A stretch of 63,285 nt of DNA, filler included, from Octopus bimaculoides (GCF_001194135.2; 5 parts of 3 records of this genome joined end to end with filler, not necessarily neighbours in it); one strand, 5' to 3'; shown: positions 27,862 to 40,400, numbered from the whole stretch's first letter. The notes: generated from the letters alone by a model not told the origin. Translations and numbers: made by a program.

Positions 27862-28184
27862 AATTAGAATTTTGAATTAGAGGTAAAGTTATTATCTGTT
27901 AAATATATTATTGTTGTTTACTCATCATGAAGTCCTTAATATTTTCTGCTGGCGGTAATGATGTATTGTTCTTTTTCTCTATTTCGTTCTTTTTCGAAAT
28001 CTTCAGCCTGTTATAACTTGTGACTTAAACATTGAATATTTTATAAAATGAAATATTTCATCCAAAATAGTATAAAAGAATACGTCATTACCGCCAGCAG
28101 AAAATATTAAGGACTTCATGATGAGTAAACGACAATATTATATTTAACAGATAATAACTTTACCTCTAATTCAAAATTCTAATT
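27862..28184. repeat. Long inverted repeat (about 106-bp arms, about 111-bp spacer), foldback/MITE-like
   Basis: Arm 27862-27967 is the reverse complement of 28079-28184 with about 3 mismatches. Confidence 0.9.
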
Positions 28185-28297
28185 TTAAATTTCACGGAAA
28201 ATTTATGTTCTTAAATAATCGTATTTCATGGTAATTTTCATAATATACACGGTATTTATTTAACAGTTCTATAATGAATATGTCTGTGTATTTATAA

Positions 28298-28368
<71 letters not shown>

Positions 28369-28417
28369 TGTATGTATATGTATATATATGTGTGTATNNN
28401 NNNNNNNNNNNNATATA

Positions 28418-28828
28418 TACTCTTACTCTTTACTCTTTTACTTGTTTCAGTCATTTGACTGCGGCCATGCTGGAGCACCGCCTTTAGTCGAGCAAATCGA
28501 CCCCGGGACTTATTCTTTGTAAGCCTAGTATTTATTCTATCGGTCTCTTTTGCGGAACCGCTAAGTGACGGGGACATAAACACACCAGCATCGGTTGTCA
28601 AGCAATGGGACAAACACAGACACACAAATACACACACACATATACATATACATATACATATATACGACGGGCTTCTTTCAGTTTCCGTCTACCAAATCCA
28701 CTCACAAGGCTTTGGTCGACCCGAGGCTATAGTAGAAGACACTTGCACAAGGTGCCACGCAGTGGGACTGAACCCGGGACCATGTGGTTGGTTAGCAAGC
28801 TACTTACCACACAGCCACTATTGCGCCT
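28418..28828 (-). mobile_element. SINE family B, full length
   Basis: Head aggcgcaatagtggctgtgtggtaagtagc, core, internal (TA/TG)n and tail ..gactgaaacaagtaaaagagtaaagagta. Confidence 0.92.
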
Positions 28829-28950
28829 GTAAATATTTATATATATGCACATATGTATGTATATACATATATATGTTTTTCATTCCTCCACTTCACTCTG
28901 TATTTCATATCTTCTCTATAATAACTATTGCATAACCATTTTCTCGCACC

Positions 28951-28998
28951 GTCTCTGATGAAGGGATATATAAAATACCCTGGAATCAGCTGTAAGAC
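28951..28998 (+). ncRNA. Degenerate minimal type I hammerhead ribozyme (Penelope pLTR type)
   Basis: gtct-CTGATGA-aggg..ccct-GGAATC-AGCT-GTA-agac. Stems I and II pair, but the GAAAC core is altered. Confidence 0.6.
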
Positions 28999-29405
28999 CT
29001 CTTTATTAATGTTTTCAAATCTTTCACGGCCTCGGATATTTTAATCTCATTTTGTTAAATTTATATATATATCTGTAAAATTATGACGCTTATTCGGCAC
29101 CCATGATAAAACTCCGAGTTTAGGATGCCGGGGCGGAAACCCACGCCGCCATTTCTTCAGTTATCTGGCCATTGAAAATTCCTATGAAAATGATCGTTAA
29201 ACGAAAGGAAATTACTGTGTGGTTCACCGTTATTAAAACAAAAGGCTATTAGAATGACCGCTACGTGAGGGGAGGGAGTAATGGTAAGGAAGTAAAAAAA
29301 GTCCATAGTATTCGCGTAAACGCACCAAACCGTACATGCGCCTATATGCATATACTCATCCACCCACGCTTGAAACACACACACATTCTCACCCACACAT
29401 TCGCC

Positions 29406-29452
<47 letters not shown>

Positions 29453-31353
29453 CGCATTCACGGGTACACCCGCATACACACCCGCGCGCGCGCGCGCAAC
29501 ACGCTCACACCCATACACACGCGCGCAATAAAGGTCCATACATAGGTCAATATACGAATATGCTCAAGAAAAAAACAGGACTGAACGCAAAATACAGAAG
29601 AAAGTGTGAAAAACCTATAAGGGCAAAACGCGCCTATATGCGCACATTCTCACATGCACGCTCATACATCTATATACGCACGTGTATATACATNNNNNNN
29701 NNNNNNNNNNNNNNNNNNNNNNNNNNNNNNNNNNNNNNNNNNNNNNNNNNNNNNNNNNNNNNNNNNNNNNNNNNNNNNNNNNNNNNNNNNNNNNNNNNNN
29801 NNNNNNNNNNNNNNNNNNNNNNNNNNNNNNNNNNNNNNNNNNNNNNNNNNNNNNNNNNNNNNNNNNNNNNNNNNNNNNNNNNNNNNNNNNNNNNNNNNNN
29901 NNNNNNNNNNNNNNNNNNNNNNNNNNNNNNNNNNNNNNNNNNNNNNNNNNNNNNNNNNNNNNNNNNNNNNNNNNNNNNNNNNNNNNNNNNNNNNNNNNNN
30001 NNNNNNNNNNNNNNNNNNNNNNNNNNNNNNNNNNNNNNNNNNNNNNNNNNNNNNNNNNNNNNNNTATATAAATATATATATATATAAACATTCTTTCACG
30101 CACATATAATAGATGCAGAAATGGTAAGGACTTTCGTGGAAAGGTACATTCGTACTTATCAAAAAAATATTCATTAAAAAATATAGTTCTTTTAAAGTAT
30201 ATTTCTAGAAAGTGCTAAAAAAAAACATAAAACACACTGTTGATATCATGGATGTACTGTGCAGAAATCTGATGCGTCATAACATACTAGCAAATAAATA
30301 TATGTTGGCAAGCAAATATATATATCCATATACATACATACATACACACACTTATACGCACATATATCCATGTGTGTGTATGTGTTTTGTGCATGCGTGC
30401 GAATGCTTTGTGCAAGCGTGTGCATGCGTGTTTCTGCATGAGTGTTCCTATGTGTGTATACAAATAGTTTCTCCTACAATTATGGTAGGCCGACATAGCA
30501 CGCTCACTTGCATACATGAATAAATTATTAGGTAATAAAGTAATCGAAAATCCATATATTTTTTTTCATATTGAGGTATTTACACAATTTTACATTCATA
30601 TATATTTACAAGATTCTGTGCCTGATCGAGAATACGTTTATGCGTCCATGAACATGCACTTACGGATGCACACGCGTAATTGTGTGCATAGATCTGTGCA
30701 CACATGCAAGTTAGATATAACGTTATGAGCCAACGCACGTGGACATCCATGCATGCATCTTCTCTTCACAAACTACATCCGTTCATTCGGAAACCCATTG
30801 ACACGCACAAAAGTTAAAGGTATGTGTGTTAATCTGTCAGGCTGGTAGTCACTCTGTTCATCTGTCTGTTTGTTTGCCTATTTATCTGTCTGATTATCTG
30901 TCCGTTTGTCTATATGTTTGTATGTATGTATTTATGTTTCATACAGTCTTGTTAGATTATTTCTATTTATGACTATTCTAAATATCGATACTGCCATGAT
31001 TGTATGTTTGGAAAAAAATATCTTCTGATTTGTTCATTATCGTCTGTTCATTATTTTATAGCTAAACATACTGATATATACATATAAATGCATATGTATG
31101 AATGTATGTATGTACTACATGTGTATATGTGTGTTTCTGTGTGTGTATGGGTGTATGAGTGTGAGCATGTATGTGTGTGAGTTAGAGTGCGCGTTATATA
31201 TAATATATATTATTTATATATATNNNNNNNNNNNNNNNNNNNNNNNNNNNNNNNNNNNNNNNNNNNNTTAATTAATTAANNNNNNNNNNNNNNNNNNNNN
31301 NNNNNNNNNNNNNNNNNNNNNNNTATATATATATATTTATATATATATATATA

Positions 31354-32047
31354 TAGCATTTAGAAAATGGAGGAGAATATGCTGTATTCAATGACTTGCA
31401 GACTGTGTATTCCGTTGAATTAATTAACTTATTTTGTAGCTAAAATGACAAAAACCACAAAATACAAATGTTTATGACAAACCATGTTATATTAACAATC
31501 GGGGTTACAAATATAAAGTACATTAGGAATTTGGGAATAAACAGAAACTTACAGCTGACCTTATATACTGTTTGTAGGTTTTTTATGTGCCTTATATTTT
31601 TATATTTTTATATTTTAAATTTTCATTTTTCATTTATTTATTTATTTTATTTTTACTGTACTCTTATTTTTATTTCTATTTTATTTTTATTTTTATTTTT
31701 TACTTTATATTTGTGTTGAATTTTTGTGAACTCTGAAGAGGCCTAGCGAATCATGCATGTACCCCCATTTCAGCATTTCATCTACTAATTACTCCAGCAG
31801 GAGCTAATTGGATAGAATGGGGCATGCCAACCCTAGACCGAAACAGCTGTAAGTTTCTGTTTATTCTCAAATTCCTAATGTACTTTATATTTGTAACCCC
31901 GATTGTTAATATAACGTGGTTTGTCATAAACATTTGTATTTTATGGTTTTTGTCATTTTAGTTACAAAATAAGTTAATTAATTCAACTGAATATACTGTC
32001 TGCAAGTCGTTGAGTACAGCATATTCTCCTCCATTTTCTAATTGCTA
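31354..32047. mobile_element. Non-coding Penelope-like/retrozyme-like element: inverted ~204-bp arms around a T-rich tract and a hammerhead
   Basis: 31354-31557 is the reverse complement of 31844-32047 (about 95% by eye). The inversion starts at the ribozyme CAGCTG. Confidence 0.7.
31728..31856 (+). ncRNA. Type I hammerhead ribozyme with a ~100-nt extended stem II
   Basis: gaact-CTGAAGA-[ggcctag...ctagacc]-GAAAC-AGCT-GTA^agttt. All conserved core nucleotides are present, stem I pairs and loop III is palindromic. Confidence 0.8.
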
Positions 32048-32419
32048 TATAAATATAAGTTAAAATAACCCCCCTTTTACCCGCACCCACTTATTACACT
32101 TGGTATAACACTAGTGTAACAATAATTAGGTACCCTCCCAGCAGTATATTGGATAGATACTATCCCTTAGTGGGTTGAATCCTCANNNNNNNNNNNNNNN
32201 NNNNNNNNNNNNNNNNNNNNNNNNNNNNNNNNNNNNNNNNNNNNNNNNNNNNNNNNNNNNNNNNNNNNNNNNNNNNNNNNNNNNNNNNNNNNNNNNNNNN
32301 NNNNNNNNNNNNNNNNNNNNNNNNNNNNNNNNNNNNNNNNNNNNNNNNNNNNNNNNNNNNNNNNNNNNNNNNNNNNNNNNNNNNNNNNNNNNNNNNNNNN
32401 NNNNNNNNNNNNNNNNNNN

Positions 32420-32458
<39 letters not shown>

Positions 32459-32559
32459 TATATATATATATGTTATATATATATGTATGTATATGTGTGT
32501 ATTATTTATGTATGTATAATTATAATTTAACTAACTTGTATCAAATTTCTTGGGGCTTA

Positions 32560-33525
32560 CAATGGTGGGCTGAAAAATTCATAGGCTGACTATAAAAGAA
32601 TAATGCTAGAGCTGTGAAATCATGCATGCACCAACTTTAGCTCTTCTACTTATTAATAACCACATTGTTTCTCTCCAGGTAAATTCACATCTGACTGTTG
32701 AAAGAAGACTTCAGAACTAACTAGTAGCGACTTCTCTTGAAAATGGACAAAATTTTATGTTGTAGTGTTATCAAGTACCTACAGAAAAAGAGCTTCATCC
32801 CCTAGGGCAATCATGCTGACTTGGTTACTATATTAGATGACATGTCAGCCTTGTCAACAGTGCAAAAGTGGGTAGCTGTATACAGGAGAGGAAAAAAAAG
32901 AAGGTCCTGAACATGATACAAGGTTTGGATGTCCTGCTACTGCTACCACTGAGGAAAACATTGATAGTGTTCACCACATGCTGATGAATGACAGGCGATT
33001 GACTATAAATCAAATAGCTAATGCTATTAGCATATCTCCTGAGAAAATTGATAATATTTTGCACAATGAACTTGGCATGACAAACGTTTCTGTTTGGTGG
33101 GTGCCACGTTTCCTAACACCTGATCAAGAGAGCGCCAGGTTAATCACATCACAGTAAAATCTGACATTGTTTGAGGCAAATCCAGCTGGTTTCCTAGAAT
33201 GTATGCTAACCAATGATGTATGTTGGGTTCATCACTCTGAGTCAGAGAGAAAGAAATAATCCATGCAGAGGAAATACCCCTCCTCACCTGCTTCAGAGAA
33301 GGCTAAGGTCGTTTTCATTTGCAGAAAGGTGATGGCCTCAGTTTCTGAGGATGCAAAAAGCATTGTGTTTATTGACTATCTTCAAAAGATTGCTGAATCA
33401 GTTTCAAAAGGCTATCAAGACCAAATGCCCAGAAAAACTGACAAAAGGGTCTTTTTTCATCAGCATGCAAGTCCTTGGTTTCAATGTCTCTTGTGTGTGA
33501 CTGTGGCTTTGAACTGGTTGATCCC
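32560..33525 (+). mobile_element. Decayed mariner transposon (5' TIR plus N-terminal and catalytic remnants)
   Basis: TA|caatggtgggctgaaaaattcataggctgac. Peptides MDKILCCSVIKYLQKK..STVQKWVA..DRRLTINQIANAISIS..ILHNELGM..WWVPRFLTPDQ contain the mariner WVP(R/H) motif. Confidence 0.88.
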
Positions 33526-33797
33526 CATCCCTCGGTTCTTACAAAACAGTTTGTCAAAATGGAAAACTGTACTAATATTAGGTCAAAATAAATTAGGTGA
33601 AGTCAACAAAAGAAGAGGAGTATTCCAAGGGGATACATTCTCACCACTGCTATTCATAGTTGCTTTTATCCCTCTTGAGAAATGTAAAATCAAGCTACCA
33701 ATTTAGTAGAGGGCAAGAAAATAAAACATTTTCTGTTTATGGACGACCCGAAATAACTTGCCAAAAGTGAGAAAGCTTTCGATTCATTAGTCTAGAC

Positions 33798-34025
33798 CAG
33801 TGGTTCACAGCCATTTTTTTTTTTTTTGGCATATAGACCCCCTGGATTCCTATTTTACTCGGATACACTCTTATAACCATTTGATATTTTTAAAATCCTG
33901 TTGTATTTTTATAATCAAATATTGTTAGGAATTGTATATAAAAAAATAGTTTGTGTTTTGGAGAAGAATAACCAGCTTATTGGACATAAGTTTTAACAAC
34001 AAAATCTTATGTAGACCCTTAACTG
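33798..34025. mobile_element. hAT (Charlie/Buster-like) MITE remnant
   Basis: Begins cagtggtt directly after GTCTAGAC, which fits the NTCTAGAN target preference. The right end is degenerate. Confidence 0.55.
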
Positions 34026-34291
34026 ATTTTGACTGTTAGAGTGGTGAATAACAACTTTGGTATTACGTTTGAAATCAATGTGCAGCACCAGTAATAAGGA
34101 GACAAAAATATCCAAATTAGACGGAATTAAACTCCCAGCTGAGCCATCAATCAAATCAATAAATGAAAGTTACAGTTATAAGGAGCTTGGTGCATCAAAG
34201 GCAGATGGCATTCTCTCTCAAGAAACGAAGGCGAGAAATTCATATTTTAGGAGAGTGAGAAGTGTGCTAAGCTCAAAAATAAGTGGAAGTA

Positions 34292-34506
34292 CCAGGGGGC
34301 ACTGAAAAGTTCCTGACTTTAAGTGTATCACATAAGACCTGTATGGAGACCCACCTCCTGAGATCTTCTACAGGACTTAGAAAACTGAAGAACAGCTGCT
34401 ATAAGTGTTTGAATCTGAGAGGGGAATATGTTGAATAAGATCATAATTTCCTGATCCTCCAGTATTTTCTTTTACCCAAAGCCAGAAACGTTTCAGCCCC
34501 CCTTCA
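34292..34506 (+). mobile_element. Mariner-derived MITE with TA TSD
   Basis: TA|ccagggggcactgaaaagttcctgacttt ... aaagccagaaacgtttcagccccccttca|TA. Confidence 0.8.
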
Positions 34507-34842
34507 TAAAACCATCACTGTTGTAACCACATGGGTAGAGTCTCTAATACAATATGCAACTGCTCTCCTGAAAATAGCAAATTGCAAAAATCATCCTTAT
34601 AGGTTCCTCACGTATTCTACATAAATTCCTCTCTAAGTACAACCTTAAACACTCTGTGTTTCTTTTTCTCCCACTGATATCAGTGCTTTCAATTACATGG
34701 CATCTCATTTGTTAACATCATCAGAAGCAAAACATTATTATCGAGACTCGGGTGCAACTCGTATAAATTAAAGCAAAACCAAAACATAACATAGAAATAA
34801 TAATAATGATAATAATAATAACAACGACAAGAGAAAGGATGG

Positions 34843-34926
34843 GGAAGAAGAAGAAGAAGAAGAAGAAGAAAAAGAAGAAGAAGAAGAAGAAGAAGAAGAA
34901 GAAGAAGAAGAAGAAGAAGAAGAAGA
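34843..34926. repeat. (GAA)n microsatellite
   Basis: About 28 direct GAA units; this is the source of the poly-K ORF. Confidence 0.95.
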
Positions 34927-35019
34927 ATTTTTCTACAAGGGGCGCAAAGCCTGAAATTTTGGGGGAAGGGTTAGTCGATTATATGTTACCGCATTCGTGG
35001 ATTCTGGAAACACTCGACA

Positions 35020-36315
35020 TGTGAAGTCGCTGAGAACGCGCATGCACTAATCAAGAATTGCATGCCTAGGTGGAAAACACGTCTTAGCCGAGGTAACAAT
35101 CAAAAGAGGTATCTTCCAGAGAGATTCTTGTTTACCTTTGCTATTTATTATAGCTTTGATTCCACTTTCTGTAGTCCTACGCAAAGTTAACGCTCAATAC
35201 GAGCTGAGAATGAATGGAGCTCGTCTCAACCATCTTCTCTTCATGGGTGATTTAAAATTGTTCGCAAAAAACAGAGACTGAAATTGAGAGGCTGGTTAAG
35301 ACTGTACAAATGTGCAGCAAGGATATAGGAACAGAATTCGAGATCTCAAACTGTGCCGTGCTCACTTAGAAACGGAAGAGAAGAGCAGATTGCGGGCGCA
35401 TACAATTGTCAAACAGAGAGCAAATGGGAGACCCGGATGATGGTGGGTGCAAGTACCTTGGAATAATACCTTGCGCAGAGAAATGAAAGACAAGGTAATC
35501 GCTGCATATTTGAAGCTCCTCAAAATTCTCTTTAAGTCAAAATTCAGGGCAAGGAACCTACTGATATGGGCTGTTGCTATAGTTCGCTATAGTGCACCCA
35601 TCCTGAAATAGACTCGAGCAGAGATTGACCAACTCGATCGCATACTCGAAAGATGATAACAATGCATGGTGACTTCCACCCTAAGGCGGACGTATACAGG
35701 CTGTACATGAAGAAAGGCAAGGGTGGACGTGACCTCGAAAGGGTACAAGAGAGCATCGATGGTGAAAGAAGATACTTGATTGAGTGTTTGGTAAACATTG
35801 AACAAGACCTGCCACAGTAAGTTGATAATGCAAAAAGATTTACCAGCAACGACGTTGAGAGTGCTAATGAATTTCGATTACGAATGGCCAACGAGAGAGA
35901 AGAAACACTTCTCTGCATGCACTTACATGATCAGTTCCACCGTGAAACTAACAACTTAAAAACCAGGCATTATCATGAATTTTATCTCAGCAAAGGTTGC
36001 CTTAAAAAGAGGACTGGAAGCCTGATCATAGATACCCAGAACCAGGCATTGAATATCAATTCAGTGAAATGCAACGAACCTCAGCAGAATGCGTGGGAAG
36101 AAGTTCGAAAGCGTGACTCACACCGTTGGCGCTTGCGAACGTCTTGCGCAGAAAGAGTACAAGCGCAGACACGACAAGGTAGCCCAAAACCTTCACTGGC
36201 TGCTGTGCCGGAAGTATGGATACCAACATACACTGGAAAAGGTAATGGATGAAAACAGGAAGGCAAAGATCATCTGGGACCTTGACTTTCAAACAGACAA
36301 GATGTCACAGCACAA
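35020..36315 (+). mobile_element. Second R4/Dong-like LINE copy (RT C-terminal half plus CCHC knuckle)
   Basis: EVTIKRGIFQ.., LNHLLFMGDLKLFAK, KYLGI, MHGDFHPKADVYRLYMKKGKGGRDL and ESVTHTVGACERLAQKEYKRRHDKVAQNLHWLLCRKY..KIIWD. Confidence 0.88.
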
Positions 36316-36596
36316 ATATCTTCAATCTACAACATCGGATGTATTCAATAATAATTATAGTTTCTAATTTAGGCACATGACCAGTAATTCTGGAGTGGGA
36401 AGAGGGATAACTGATATTATTGATGGCAATATACGACTCGTACTTTATTTTATTGATCTTGGAAACACGAAAGGCAAAGCTGACTTCAGTGGGATTTGAA
36501 ATCAGAATATAAAGGGTCATATGAAATACTGCTATTTTTCTGATGTAACAACTCTGCCAGCTTGCTTCATAGTATAGGCTCAAAGCATTACATATT

Positions 36597-36810
36597 CTTT
36601 TCTACTGTAGGCACAAGGCCCGAAATTTTGGGGGAGGGGGCCAGTCGATTAGATCGACCCAGTACGCAACTGGTACTTAATTTATCGACCCCGAAAGGAT
36701 GAAAGGTAAAGTCGACCTCGGCGGAATTTGAACTCAGAACGTAAAGACAGACGAAATACCGCTAAGCATTTCGCCCGGCGGTGCTAACGTTTCTGCCAGC
36801 TCGCCGCCCT
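36597..36810 (-). mobile_element. Young full-length SINE family A with a ~17-bp TSD
   Basis: Consensus-like with all CpGs intact. Flanks are tcaaagcattacatatt (36580-36596) and tcaaagcattgaatatt (36811-36827). Confidence 0.93.
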
Positions 36811-37619
36811 TCAAAGCATTGAATATTGCATAAGCTATGTGCACTCAATTATATGACTCCAGTACTTGACAGGTGCTATATGTTACTAACTCTGGAGGGA
36901 CAAAAGGCAAAGTTGACCTTTGCGGGATTTGAACTTAGAACATAATGGAGTGGAACAAACACCACAAGAAAGTTTATTATTCAAATAAGTCTATCATTCC
37001 ACTACCCATTCTTGAATAATTTTTAACAAATATACAAGGCTGCTAATCTGGTGGAAGGAGGCTAATTTGGTAGAAGGGGTTAAGATTTATTTATTGGCCC
37101 CTAAAGAACCTTTCGAATGTGCTCTTCATTTTTCGTCCATCCATCCTTTCAAACCTTATAAACTGATTTCTAACATAAGCATGGCCGTGTGATTAATAAT
37201 TTCCTTTCCAACTACGTGATTTTAAGCCCAAGTCCACTATATGGCATCTTGAGCAAGTGTCTTTTATAGCTCCGGATCAACAAAAGGAGCCACTTCCGAA
37301 TCTTTGAAACAGCTGTAAAGTTTTATTTTCATCTTGTAATATAGATATTTATATGCAACGTTTTACGCAAATGAAATTATATAATTGTTCTATCATTGTT
37401 CGTCAACTTTCTGTCTCTCTCTCTCTCTCCCACTCCCTCTCTCTGAATAGTTGTGTGTGTAAAAGAGAGCGAGAGAGAAAGAGTCTGCGTGTGTTTGTGT
37501 TTCCTTGTCTTGACATCACATGATAGTTGTAAACGAGTGTTATTATCATATAAGCGGTGCCCTTGTCCTCTGTTTCCAATCTCTCATGAAAACAGGTCTG
37601 GCTATGGGGAAATATAACC

Positions 37620-37745
37620 ACGCTGGGAAAAAGGTGGGGGTTGTGACAGGAAGAGCATCCAGTTGTAGAAAATCTGCTTCAATAAATTCCCCTCTTACCC
37701 ATGCAAGTATGAGAAAGTGGCTGCTAAAACGATAATGATGACGAC
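37620..37745 (+). mobile_element. Retroposon 3' tail (family C) ending in (ATG/ACG)n
   Basis: ggttgtgacaggaagagcatccag..gtagaaaatctgc..acccatgcaagtatgagaaagtgg..aaaacgataatgatgacgacg. Confidence 0.55.
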
Positions 37746-38441
37746 GACGTCGATGATGGCGATGAAATGATGTTTATAGTTGATAATATCAGTCCCAGTA
37801 TGCGAATGATATTTATTTTATTGACTCCTGACGGATAAATAAAGCAACACTTGAACTCCGAACGAAATGATACATGACAAAATATAACACAATAATTTGT
37901 CTGTTACATTAGAGATTCTGGTAATAATAAAACAACTATATGCAGAAAAATTGCCAAAGCTGAAGAAATGAAGAATTTTCTGCAAGAATCATGATATGAT
38001 CTTCAACAGACATGTAGATTGCTAGAGGAACGGAAATTGTGGAAGACATATCATCGATTAATGACAGGAAAGGAATAGTTCTTTAAGCAATTTTCAGAAA
38101 TTCTGTTGCAGAAGAAAGAACTGCATCAATGAAAGATGGAATCCAAGCAAAATATTCTCGCAGCAGTCCTGGTGCCTTCGTATGACATTTTAATGGAATT
38201 GGACTCTATTAACACTGAGCTATTGTTTCTTGGGAGGGTTCTATAGTTTATTATTGATTGAAAATAATAATTAAATTAAATAATTATGTGTATGTGTGAA
38301 GGCGTGTGAGTATGTTCATGTTTTCATAAATATTTACACATCCATGTGTGCATATATAATATATATACATCACATGCACACATACGTGCGTATTTATGTA
38401 TGTGTGTGTATACAAGTGTGTGTGTGTGTGTGTGTGCGTGC

Positions 38442-38493
<52 letters not shown>

Positions 38494-38729
38494 TTATATA
38501 TATGAACTCGTACGTACTCACTCATATTTACACGTATATACATGCACAAGGATATGTGTGTGTATACGTGTACATATATAAATACAGATATTTATACATA
38601 TACACACATATAGAAACATGTATATATATATGCGTATGTATATATATATGCTCACACACACACGCTCATGTATCTAAGTGTGTACAAATATGAGGTATTT
38701 TTATGTATGTGTATGGATGTTCTAATACA

Positions 38730-38801
<72 letters not shown>

Positions 38802-39139
38802 ACACGTACACGTTAGCATAGAAATTATAACTCACTATTTGAAACACATTAAGTTCACATATTTGTTCAAATCACTAATCTCTGTCCTTATCATAGCTAT
38901 TTGTATCACTATTTCTTGTATTATTTCTATTCTGCTTTAGTATGATGGTTTTACACTTCAATATCTTCAACTGATGAGATGATTTTTTTTTATATGAGTA
39001 AACAAAATATCATAAACTTGTTTATTATTATTTCCTATACATTTTTTTATCTTTTACTTGTTTCAGTCATTGAATTGCGGTCATGCTGGGTCATTGCCTT
39101 GAAGAGTTTTAGTCGAACGAATCGAACACAGTATTTACT

Positions 39140-39197
39140 TTTTAAAACTTGCTAACTTAGCACAAGCCTTTTAAAAACTTGCTAACTTAGCACAAGA
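39140..39197. repeat. 29-bp tandem duplication
   Basis: ttttaaaacttgctaacttagcacaag occurs twice. Confidence 0.85.
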
Positions 39198-39456
39198 CAA
39201 AACTAACAAACCAGAGGACATACGTCAGATAACCAATAAAGTAGACAAATTTCAATGTAAATTTAGAAGTTGTAAACTTTATGACTCAAACTGTTTCATC
39301 AGACATGCAAGTATGACATTTTCTCGCTGACTGACCATGCACTTGTAACAAAGTGACACAGGAGATAAAATGAGATAGAAAAATATTAGTTGACAACTCT
39401 ACAATTTTATATAGAATTCCACAGAAAATCAGTAGATTAATTATGAAAGCTTTTCT

Positions 39457-39509
<53 letters not shown>

Positions 39510-39949
39510 CAACATACAGTTACATAACTTGAAATAAACGATAAAATCTACTGGTATTTACCCGTTTTATAACTTTTAAAGCCAACATCGATGACCTCTG
39601 TACAGTCATATCAGTGTTCCTATGATGCTTTGCAACTTAATGTAGAACACATGAACAACAGCCCATTATTATCATCAGCTCATATTGCTGATGAGGTCAA
39701 TAAGGTCTTGACATGTTAATGGACGAATGGATGTAGAAACACTGCTGACGTTCCGAGCTAACCGAAAGAATTACGGAAATCCTTATTAAAAAAGATTAAA
39801 CATAAACATTGTCATGTCATTAATATAATGTCCGAAAAAGACATTTCACTATTTACAGATTATATATAGGAAGATGTACAAATACATATATATGTGTGTA
39901 TATATGTACACACACACATATATTCATACATACATTCGGAAAAAAGACT

Positions 39950-40400
39950 TTCCTGGAATAAATATAGAGAATTTCTCACATATAGAATACGTATACAAAT
40001 AGCATCACAAGGAATACTGATGGAACATTCCCATCAAAACATGTCAAGTATAAGCTTAACAGGCCGGATATTGTTGTTTGGGACAGACAAAAAAAGTATG
40101 TACCATCATAGGGGTCAGCTGTCCCGCTGATGTGAATATCTCTTTGAAAATCGAAAAGAAAGAAGATAACTGTGGACAACTGATTCGAAACCTCCAGCTT
40201 CTATTTCCGGATTACAAGTTTACATTTATACCAATAATAATTGGAGTATTTGGTTTTGTAAGTAACTGTCTAGCTGTCAGTCTGGATAAGGTTGGATTTT
40301 TAGAAAAAGAAATCAACCAACTGACCCGCACATAACAAATACAATCAGTAAGCAGAACAGTAAGACTATGCAAGAATTTTCTCTGTTTTGAAATGTAACA
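39950..40400 (+). mobile_element. REL-endonuclease non-LTR retrotransposon C-terminal fragment
   Basis: ..NRPDIVVWDRQKK / VCTIIGVSCPADVNISLKIEKKEDNCGQL..FIPIIIGVFG.. resembles the PD-(D/E)xK restriction-like endonuclease tail. Confidence 0.75.

Larger units (their letters stand above)
33530..34810 (+). mobile_element. R4/Dong-like (REL-type) LINE fragment interrupted by two DNA-transposon insertions
   Basis: LGEVNKRRGVFQGDTFSPLLFIVAFIPL, KHFLFMDD and YFRRVRSVLSSKISG. The reading frame resumes after each insert, and the fragment ends in an (ATA)n tail. Confidence 0.8.

Noticed and set aside
27975-28010. CTGAAGA..GAAA in the spacer of the 106-bp inverted repeat
   Set aside because: Stem II does not close and there is no cleavage triplet.
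39685-39725. CTGATGA-ggtcaa..ttgac-atgt motif
   Set aside because: GAAAC is absent; it could be a deleted ribozyme but this cannot be supported.
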